Positions 34,095-43,297 of a stretch of DNA of 43,297 nucleotides are shown piece after piece (positions within the stretch are counted from its first letter, which is position 1; each line of letters starts with the position of its first letter). The translations under genes and the position numbers were made by a program. The DNA lies in contig NC_068986.1 in assembly GCF_001194135.2 (NCBI RefSeq), positions 44,186,624-44,229,920 on the forward strand, written 5' to 3'. The stretch is from Octopus bimaculoides (lineage: Eukaryota). The notes under the pieces were generated by a model. The model saw only the letters and a list, made by a program, of their open reading frames with translations. It searched no databases and was not told the origin of the DNA.

Positions 34095-34230
34095 AGGCGG
34101 CGAGCTGGCAGAAACGGTAGCACGCGGGGCAACAATGCTTAGCGGTATTTCGTCTGTCTTTACGTTCTAAGTTCAAATTCCGCCGAGGNNNNNNNNNNGG
34201 CTTTGTGTCTAGAGTAGAAAAGAATGGTTA
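34095..34230 (+). mobile_element. young SINE family B copy spanning a gap
   Basis: aaggcggcgagctggcagaaacggtagcacgc..gcttagcggtatttcgtctg..gttcaaattccgccgagg with CpGs intact. Confidence 0.85.
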
Positions 34231-34854
34231 ATGATAGTGATGATGCCTTTACTTATTAGACATAAAATCTTGCGTTTATGTAAAACATTTATGTAAAATA
34301 TACCAGTACCTTCCTAGCTCCTGTAAGCATTTTAAGGGGTCTCACCTCTCCCCCCCCCCCACTGCCCATAAAGTATATGGGAAATAAATATTTTCTTTAC
34401 TTAGGGAGTTGGCTTATATTAGTACATACTACCAACAACTGAGTGAAGTGAGGACTGTAGAATTAAATGTCTTGAATTTGATGGATGAAAGGAGTTTGGG
34501 AAATTGTAATTTTATCCCATTGGGTTAGTAACAGTTTAGAGAAAGAATTTCTGAAATTGCTTGTATGTGGGGGTGGGTGAGATGATAAAATTAGTGCTAA
34601 CATTTAATGCAGTGAATATTTAAAGGCTAAGAGACAATTATGTTTTGAGTAAAAGGCAATATTTAATCACTGACTACTATTTAAATTAATCCAGCAAGAA
34701 TGGGACACAACTTTAGAGAAATTTTGATTAGTTTTACTCTGCAAAGCATAGATTTGACTTCATTGGCCAGTATAGTCTATCTGAAAAAGAAATTACTGTT
34801 AAGAAATTACTCAACAATACCATTTGCATAAAAAACAGTAGTACTTGTCACATG

Positions 34855-36535
34855 TTAATCCTTGGTCGATCAGAGAAAATGTATGTCACTAATTACCAAC
34901 TGGGTCCAATGGACCCAATATTTTTCTTTTAATTAAATTTTATTCAAGCTACCACTATTTCCTAGCTACATTATATATGCTATCAGGTGAATGAAGAATT
35001 ACTGTTTCTCATAAATTTTAATACAAAAATACAGCTTACAGAATATATTATAAATTTTAAAAATTACAAAAATACAGAATTACAGCTCTTTATGGCAGGG
35101 AATGCAGACAACATTGGAATGTTCTTGGCAAACATGGATATTACAATTTTTACATGAAGTATGTGTTTTCCTGTCTTTTTTTGGGCCACACAATGAACAT
35201 CTTCCTTTTTTGTTTGGCTGAGGTTGGAGATTGTCTTCTTTTCTTGTTTGGTTGAGAAATGTTAGCAGAACTAGAAAATTGTTTGTCATGTTCTTGTTCA
35301 GCATTAACTCCAGCAAGTTCCTTTCCTAACTGGATTAGGCACTGTCTTCTTTTATCCTTGAAACTTCGCAAGTGAAGCTGTTTAGCAACAATGAAAGCAT
35401 TCACTGCACTTATATCAATCATATTGTAGAATATAACCATAGGCCATCTTCGAGTCATTCTTTTGCAAGTGTATGTCCTTACCATCTTATCTGGGGTATC
35501 TACTCCACCTTTTGTTTTGTTGTAACATGTAATAAGTTCAGGTTTCGTTTCATCACTTTTTGAATCAATTGAAGGCTGAGAGTGCATTGTACTCATAAGT
35601 GTGACTCCATAATTTTTCTTGGGATACTAAGATAGGATCATAGAATCCTTTTGAAATCCAAATATTGTGTTGTTGCTTTCTTTTTCTTTTCCATTTGTGA
35701 AAGCACTTGAAAGTTCAACTCTGTTCTTTCTAATTGTTCCAATTAAAGTAGTTTTCTTGCTAAGCAGCTTTCGAGTCAGTCCTGGACTTATAAAAAAATT
35801 ATCACAAGTTATATTGCGACCAGTATTTTCAAGTTCTTTTACTTGGTCTTCAGCAACTCTTGAACCTCGATTTGTCTCTCTCCTTTTTACTAGGTCTTTT
35901 CCAGTGTAGATTTGCATTTTCCAGGCACAAGATGTTTCACTGTCGCATATTACCCAAATTTTAATTCCATATTTCCCTGGTTTTGAAGAAATATATACCC
36001 GGAATGGACAGCGCCTTCAGAATGAAACTAATTGTTCATCAACTGTCATGCATGAACTTGGAACATATCCATCTTGCAAATTCTGATCCCACATTTCAAA
36101 TACTTCTCTTCTGGGCTCCAATTTATCATCACTTCCCTTTTTTCCTTCTTGCACTAGCATCATCAAAATGCAACGCTTGTAAAATCTGTTGAAATCTTCA
36201 ACAGCTCATAATTTTGTTGAATATTGGGTGACCATCTTCTTGATTCCATAACTGTGACATTTTCATGTTTAGAGTTATAAACACCTATAAAAATAATCAG
36301 TCCGATAAATTTCTTTAGTTCAGAGTGATCAATTTCCTTCCATTTATCTTTGTATGCAACCTGACCATCAACATTTGTCCATTTATGAATTACTTCAAGA
36401 AGATTCTGGTGCATAAAGATAGTAAAACATGTTTCAATGCTAATATGTTTGACTTAAGTGGTAGAAATTTTTTGACATTTTGGTTTCATATGTAGAATGG
36501 AAAAATGTGTTTTGGGTTTCATTTTAGTCACTCAA
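34855..36535 (-). mobile_element. decayed piggyBac (PGBD4-like) transposon in MyD88 intron 1
   Basis: Frameshifted transposase with TVDEQL, PGKYGIKIW, RNITCDNFF, GTIRKNR, YNKTKGGVD, TRRWPM and C-terminal CRD CSLC..CKNC..VCQEH..CIPC. TTAA at 34855-34858 and subterminal palindrome TGGGTCCA-a-TGGACCCA (34901-34917). The other terminus was not found. Confidence 0.92.
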
Positions 36536-36544
36536 CTGTTGTAG

Positions 36545-36890
36545 ATTCTCAAGAAACTTGCTTTGCAACCAACATGGTTGTGAGTTCAGTCCTGCACAGC
36601 GCCTTGGACAAACGTTTTCTACTATTGTTCCAAGCTGACCAATGCCTTGTAATTGAATTTGGTTGATGAAAGCCCATCATGTGTGTGTGTGTGTGTGTGT
36701 TTGTATCCTACCACCACTTGACAACTGGTGTTGGTTTGTTTACATCACCATAGCATAGTAGTTCAGCAAAAGAGACTGAAAGAATAAGTACCAGATGAAA
36801 AAAATATGTAATGTGGTTGATTTGTTTGAATAAATCCATCATAGCAGTGCTCCAGTATGGCCACAGTCCTATGACTGAAACAAGTAGAAA
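36545..36890 (+). mobile_element. composite SINE C/D (decayed)
   Basis: tRNA-like head, (TG)n linker, and tail ..gcagtgctccagtatggccacagtc..tgactgaaacaagta. Confidence 0.8.
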
Positions 36891-36947
36891 ATGAAAAAAA
36901 AAAAAGTTAAATGTTGCTTCAACTTTATTTTTTTAATATATACCAAT

Positions 36948-37173
36948 AAAAAGGCAGTGAGCTAGCAGAACTGTGAGCACATTTAGCAAACTGGGCAAAA
37001 TGTCACTAAACATTTTGTTCATCTTTACATTCTGAGTTCAAATTCTGCAGAAGTCGACTCTGCCTTTCATCATTTCAGGGTCGATAAAATGAGCACCAAT
37101 TGAACACTGGGGTTGATATAATTGACTTAGCCCTTTACCCAACATTGCTGACCTTGTGCCAAAATTTGAAACC
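36948..37173 (+). mobile_element. SINE family B with TSD
   Basis: 13-bp TSD AATATATACCAAT (36935-36947 and 37174-37186) and core gtcgactctgcctttcatcatttcagggtcgataaaatg. Confidence 0.88.
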
Positions 37174-37602
37174 AATATATACCAATTAGGAAGTTGTATT
37201 TATGAGTTCTTCAGTGAGAATGGTTTGTTTTTTTCTTCACAAATTATGTCTCTTGGTCAATTTTAAAAGGAATATATTTTCACACTCACTGAAGGCAGGA
37301 CTTTTTTTTTTAATCTCCTGGTTAAAGTGAAACAAACAAGTTCTGCCGATCCTCTCTCCTCCATTGTTTGTCACTGAAAGCAATGTTATGGTTTGATTTA
37401 ATACCATATTACTGTTTAGTTGCAGATCATTGCTGATGGCAACAGACCTATGATTAAAGGCATTCCAACTTTGACCATCCCATGTAGTTTTCAACTGTAG
37501 TGTCCTTAAGACTAAGTGGTACTGAAATGTTTGGATAATTCTTTTACCTTCCTTTTATATATCATTGTTGTTCATTGATAGCCATATATATCCTCAATAT
37601 TT

Positions 37603-37848
37603 CTGAGCCATATTCTTTATTCAGCTGGTAGGTGAACTTGCAGACTCACTACTGCAGGTGCTCTTTCACGAATTGAAAACCCTAAAATGGATGCAACGGC
37701 TTCTGATGGTCCAATATTCCTACCCATTAGATATTGACTAATTTCATTATCATTGTTTATTTGAATAGCAGCTCAGTCATTTCCTTTTAACATGTATTTG
37801 ATGACATACTTAATTGGCCTCACTGAAGCAACAATTTCAACATTGCAG
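37603..37848 (-). mobile_element. Helitron Rep (HUH endonuclease) fragment
   Basis: Minus strand: CNVEIVASVRPIKYVIKYMLKGND*AAIQINNDNEISQYLMGRNIGPSEAVASILGFSIRERAPAVVSLQVHLP, matching Helitron Rep motif 3 (NVE..S..KY..KY..KG.D) and the downstream R....EA..R..F......V..L.VHL block. Confidence 0.85.
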
Positions 37849-37849
37849 A

Positions 37850-37889
<40 letters not shown>

Positions 37890-37891
37890 GC

Positions 37892-38385
37892 ATCCTATTA
37901 TAAATTTGAGTGTTGTTTCTCTGTCCGTTATGTTTTTATGCCCGTTAACTCCTCCTAGACTCTTGATGTAAGGACAACGGAACTCAAACCAGCAACTCCC
38001 CTAATCCTAGGGAATGTCCTAAGGGAGTCTATTTTTTTAAAGGCCACCTAATTTGGGCCCCAGTGACCCCCCACCCCTATTTTTACTGCATTTTAAACTA
38101 AATACATAGCAATGGCGACCAAATCGGAGCAATGACAATGAATTTCATACCATGAACTTCCAGGAGTATCGTAAGGAGGTTCAGTTTCTGAAGGGCCGCT
38201 TAAATGGGGCCCTACTCACCCCCATATTTTTACTGCATTTACCTTGCTCCTACGCTTATTGATTAAACTATGATTAGCATCAGTGTTTAGCACATTTTCA
38301 GAAATAAGTTTAGGCATTCTAAATACCTTCATGTACATTCAAATTGCGATAAAGAATTATAACCCGTACGTTTCAAGTGTGGTAG
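37892..38385 (+). mobile_element. possible non-autonomous Helitron-like element
   Basis: Begins a|tcctattataaa after (TA)n, has two internal related units (38041-38093 and 38192-38240), and a 3' aacccgtacg...gtggtagt resembling a degraded Helitron end. Confidence 0.35.
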
Positions 38386-38444
38386 TGTGGATATTTATAT
38401 TTTGTAGTTTATGAAACTTATGTCTAGTATATGTATACATACAC

Positions 38445-39069
38445 AATAGGCTTCTTTCAGTTTCCATGTACCAAATCTACTCACAAGGCTTTGGTCAGCT
38501 CAAGGCTATAGTAGAAGACACTTACCCAAGGTACCATGTGGTGAGACTGAACCTGGAACCATATGGCTGGGAAGCAAACTTCTTACAACTAGTCACACCT
38601 ATGCCTTTTATCTTTATTTTTTTAATCTTTTACTTGTTTCAGTCATTAGACTGCAGCCATGCTGGGACATTGCTTTGAAAAGATTACTTAATCCCAATAC
38701 TTGGTTTTATTTTTTAAACCTGATATTTATTATATTGGTCTTTTTTGTTGAACCGTTAAGTTACAAGAAATGTAAACAAATCAGAACTGGTTGTCAGGTG
38801 GTGATGGCAGATAACCATAAGCACAAAAGCACACACACCTAGATTGATGCACACACACACACACACACACACACCTATCACCATGATAGATCGCTGACCA
38901 CTACATTTATATTTTTTTCTCTCCTTGTTTCTCTCCTTGTTTCTTTCTGTGTTCCTTTCTGTTGAAGAGTGTAGGCTCGAAACGTTAAAGACTTTCTCTA
39001 TTCCCGAGCGTTATACTAATACATCCATTTGTTGTTTACACCACCTGTCTTCGTCTGTTGTTTTTTTCG

Positions 39070-39108
<39 letters not shown>

Positions 39109-39560
39109 CAAACTTCTTTCAGTTTCTCTTTGCCATATCCACTCACAAGACAGTTTCTCAAGTTGCCACACATTGGGATTGAACCTGGAACTATGTGGGT
39201 TGGAAAGCAAACTTCTTAACACACAGCCATGCTTGTGTCTAATTGATAACCTTTTAGATATTAGTGAGTTGTCAATTTATCAAGGTGTCATTGATAAATG
39301 TTATAACTCGGAAGGACAGATCAGCAGCCATGCTATGAAATTTATCTGTTATCTTTTACTTATTTCTGTCATTGAACTGCAGCCATGTTATGGTACCACC
39401 ATTGAAAGGTTTAGTTGAAAAAAATCGACCCCAATAGTTATTCCTTTTTAAGCCTGGTACTTATTCTGTTAGTCTCTTTTTACTGAACTACTAAGTTATA
39501 GAAACATGCACTAACCAACATTGGTTGTCAAGCAGTGAGAGACAAGCACAAAGATACACA
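38445..39560 (-). mobile_element. cluster of reverse-oriented SINE C/D fragments (38445-38600, 38628-38830, 39105-39235, 39345-39560)
   Basis: Repeated ggcttctttcagtttcc..accaaatc.actcacaagg heads and tacttgtttcagtc..gcagccatgctg tails. Confidence 0.8.
38885..39072 (+). mobile_element. Penelope-like element 3'-end-type repeat
   Basis: tgaagagtgtaggctcgaaacgtt resembles the GAAGA...CGAAACG terminal motif of Penelope-like elements. No coding remnant. Confidence 0.4.
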
Positions 39561-39568
39561 CACATAGT

Positions 39569-39600
<32 letters not shown>

Positions 39601-40218
39601 GGGCATTACTATACATAAATGCCTCATGCTATGAGAGACTCTTAAAGTCAAAACTACTATGATAAACACATTGTACTGAATGCGAGGAAATGCAACTCCC
39701 GAAGCGAGCTCCTTAAAAACAGATTTAGTCGCAAATCATATGATTTCATAATTAGTGCACAAAATACACTTTTTAATCATTAGTGCAGGCATAATCAAGA
39801 CATAAAAATGAACAAAAAAATCAACATACTAGATGAACACCAAATGTATTCAGCATAGTACATGGAGTTGTTCACTTGTATATGTCTATGTAAGAGGCGG
39901 GCTTTTTGAATTGCATCTCGGTACACGTGTATATTCAGGATAAATTCAGCACTGAATATATTCTAGTTAAATTTACAATTTAAAAATAGGAAAAAATCTT
40001 TAAAAGAATTGTTATGTGTCTTGATTATGCCTGCACTGATGATTAAAAAGTGAATTTTGGGCACTAATTATGAAATCATATGATCTGTGGCTGAATCTAT
40101 TTTTAAGGAGCTCGTTTCGAGAGTTGCATTCTCTCGCATTTGGTACAATGTGTTTATTATAGCAGTTTTGACTTTAAGAGTCTCTCATAGTGTGAGGCAT
40201 TTATGTATAGTAATGCCC
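39601..40218. mobile_element. 618-bp MITE with ~205-bp terminal inverted repeats (Kolobok-type termini)
   Basis: TTAA-GGGCATTACTATACATAAATGCCTCA ... TGAGGCATTTATGTATAGTAATGCCC-TTAA. Arms at ~39601-39804 and ~40013-40218 are highly complementary. Confidence 0.88.
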
Positions 40219-40325
40219 TTAATATAAATAAATATATAAAGGGAATAATTAAAAAAATTTCCCTTAGGAGGTTTTTCACGCTGACTACTTGATAAATTCT
40301 TTATAAAATTTTATCCTATTTTTAA

Positions 40326-40398
<73 letters not shown>

Positions 40399-40402
<4 letters not shown>

Positions 40403-40602
40403 TTGTGTGTCTGTGTTTGTCCCCCCACCACCACTTGACAACCGATGTTGGTGTGTTTACATCCCCATAACTTAGTAGTTCACCAAAAGTGACCGATAGA
40501 ATAAGTACTAGGTTTACAAAGAATAAGTCCTGGTGTCAGTTTGTTCAACTAAAGACTGTACTCCATCATGGCTGCAGTCAAATGACTGGAACAAGTAAAA
40601 GA

Positions 40603-40651
<49 letters not shown>

Positions 40652-41305
40652 TAAACATATACATACACACATGGATATACATATACATACATGCACACAT
40701 AGATATATATGTGTGTGTGTTTCTTTCAGCTTCTGTCTACCAAATCCACTCACAAAGCTTTGGTTGGTCGAGGGCTATAGTAAAAGACACTTCCCCAAGG
40801 TATCATGTAGTGGGACTGAACCTTGAACCATATTACTGGGAAGCAAACTTCTTCCCACACAGCCATGTTGAAAAAAAACTTCCCATTTGTTATGCGCACT
40901 GTCTTTTATCTTTTACACTTTTCTTTTGTTTCAATTACTTGAATGTGGCCATTCTGGAGCACTGCTTTGAAGGGTTTTAGTTGAATAAATCGATCCCAGG
41001 ACTTATTTCTTGATCCTATTACTTATTCTGTCAGTCTAGTTTGCTGAACTGCTGAGTTACAGGGATGTAAACACACAAACACCAGTTGTCAAGTGGTGGT
41101 GGGGACACAAAAACAAGCACAAAGACATCCACATCCCTCCCCTCCCACACATATGATGGGCTTCTTTCAGTTTCCATCTACCAAATCCACTCACAAGGCT
41201 TTGGTCGGCCTGAGGGTATAGTAGAAGACACTTCTCATAGGTGTCTCACAGTGGGACTGAACCGAAAACCATGTAGTTTGGAAGCAAGCTTCTTACCACA
41301 AAGGC
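40399..41305. mobile_element. SINE C/D cluster: + tail 40399-40605, - head 40720-40866, - full copy 40910-41305
   Basis: Same motifs as 20100-20444. The copies are in opposite orientations. Confidence 0.85.
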
Positions 41306-42039
41306 ACACCTACATCTGCTGGGAATTTTCTAATTTATGTAGAAAGTGATAGATATAGATATGTATGTAAGTATTTAAGTATCCTATTCCTTAAATTTGA
41401 ACCAAAGCTAGAAATCATTATTATTATCAACATCTATAGTGTTGATAAATGTTGTAAATGGCTTAATCAACTAAGTTTTAGATTACCAGTTGGTGGTACT
41501 CTATCTCAAATGAGATTCAATACTTTCTTGGTGTTGCTTAACCCAAGTCCGCCTTAATTAAAATCCTTTAATTAAATTCCATCCTATGTCTTTTTTTTTT
41601 TTTTGTCTGGAATAATGTACTATGGACAATATAATATTCATTGTGTTCTTTTGCAAGACAGCAGAATGTAGTTTGAAGATTTGGTTGCTATTTTTAGCTG
41701 ATTGAGCTGTCATACAGAAGCTTTTTTTTTTCGTATTTAACATTGTTATTGTACTGGGTTAGACTTGTCAGCTTTGCCTACCTTGCTTTATGTTGATTTA
41801 TTCGACTGTTAATTTTCCTCAAAGTTGCAACCATATCTCAGTATTATTAAGAAGTTCAATTTGCAACCACATGGTCTTGTGTTATACTAGAAGATGCTTA
41901 CTCAAGGTAGCATGCAATGACACCTTGAATAATCAAGTTATTCAATGCCTTGTGAGGGAATTTGGTGAACAGAAACTGTAAGAAGCCTCATATATATTTG
42001 TATGTATGCATGTGTTTGTTTGTCTTCCTCTTGTCTCAA

Positions 42040-42960
42040 CATTTACGTGTCACCCTTTATAAACTGGCATAATTTGTTTGTAATCATCCGTGATTACATA
42101 AGCACTTCCCATCTTCTCTATAATGACATAAGCACTGGCATTCATCAATAAATTTTGATCAGTAATATCCTTATTTGGAATTTCCATGAAACCTTCATTC
42201 ACTTCCCTGAATTCTGATCTTAACTTTGCTCTATCACGTGATTTCAATGATGGGAACCTTTTCCTTTCCTCAAGTAACATCACTTCCAGAATTCTGTCAC
42301 AGGGTAGCTCTGGGTTAATTTTTTCCAGTGCCTTTCTATTTCAAGGTACACTAATATCTCATATATATTGTAGATGCCCTCCCTCCATGTCACTGTTTTG
42401 TAGATTCTCCTATTCTATGTGTATTTCTTCTAGACCAGTAGTCTTTTGCAGTTCCTTTCTCATTTCCATTATTATCTTCTCTTGTTTTGTCTTCTTTAAT
42501 CACACTTTGGTCATAATTTGTCTAATCTGATCGGCCAAACATTTTTCTTGCCTCCTTTGGCTCTTCATATGGTTAATATTTTTCCCAGAGCACCAATAAT
42601 CTTTTCCTGTAGCCTCTTTTCTCTGGTTCACTCCTAATATAATATTCAAATAACAATTTGTTGTTCCCTTTTGTTCATTTTAATCTGTTGAGACTCAGCA
42701 GTAGCTTGACTACAACTGAGCCTGCACTGCTTCCCACAGGACAGATGCCAAATGTGACACCTTCACTAAAAGCTCAAGCCATGTTGATGCTGTTAGGATT
42801 ATTTCTAATTATTAACATTTCTCTCATAATTGAGATATGTGTTTTAAGGTTACCACCAACCAGTAATCATATCATGTTACCATCACTAGACAGGTTGTCA
42901 CCTAAGACTTCTGAGGGGCTTGTCTCCCCTCATTAAGCACTAAGAGTAACCTGACATACA
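42040..42960 (-). mobile_element. Dong/R4-clade non-LTR retrotransposon N-terminal fragment
   Basis: Minus strand: KLLFEYYIRSEPEKRGYRKRLLVLWE...CLADQIRQI and RFPSLK..DRAKLR..VNE..IPNKDITDQNLLMNASAYVIIEKMG, matching remembered R4/Dong N-terminal motifs (RGYRKRM, QRLADQ, IT..N.L.YA.A). Confidence 0.65.
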
Positions 42961-43297
42961 ACTGGATGGCCATTGACTCTACTGAGTTCATATGCCTTTT
43001 TATTATTATTATTATTATTGTTCAGTAGTTTTATTTTTATAACGTGCTTTCACTTCACTACCGAGCGCAGCTCTGTGTGCCTTGGGTATGTGCTGTGGTT
43101 TGCTGTGGTGCTCTTATGTTTACTGTATTGAAAGTGTTTTGCGTAGAATTTTCTGTATGTTATATATATTTGTAAGTCCTGGTGTTTTTGTTATGTATTT
43201 GTCTGAGTATTTTTTTATTATACCTAAGGCACCTACTATGATAGGAATTGTTTCTGTTTTTAGATTCCACATTCGAGTTATCTCTATTTCCAGGTCT

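Noticed and set aside
37237-37510. Continuation of the Helitron Rep-helicase ORF
   Set aside because: 37400-37510 is instead the reverse complement of a repeat also seen at ~26830-26945 (gatggtcaa..ggaatg.cttt.at.at.ggtct), so it is a separate non-coding repeat.

Overview
AT-rich, microsatellite- and transposon-dense animal genomic DNA with four assembly gaps (5961-6127, 12187-12196, 20445-20940, 34189-34198). The SINE repertoire looks like that of an octopus or related coleoid cephalopod; this is an inference from remembered repeat sequences, not a search. Two spliced host genes are supported on the + strand. (1) A small zinc-finger gene with coding exons at 12399-12527, 15589-15716 and 17638-17742. 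It encodes one C2HC finger, one C2H2 finger bearing the BCL11/ZNF296-type SAWxLxQH signature, and a short acidic tail. It ends at a TAG 7 nt before a splice donor. No DNA-binding finger array is visible and the start exon is unresolved. (2) Exon 1 of MyD88 (death domain, 32946-33312) behind a CpG-retaining promoter; its first intron runs past the window end. The rest is largely decayed mobile DNA: three copies of a piggyBac-type MITE, a decayed piggyBac transposase, a pogo-like element, a Chapaev3-like CMC transposon containing a full-length mariner, a Gypsy remnant with two TSD-flanked insertions, Helitron Rep and Dong/R4 and RTE LINE fragments, a 618-bp long-TIR MITE and many tRNA-derived SINEs. 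I see no clear-cut novel multi-gene system. The best candidate for something undescribed is the truncated BCL11-like gene with a possibly ADAR-editable stop codon. Boundaries of decayed repeats are approximate.
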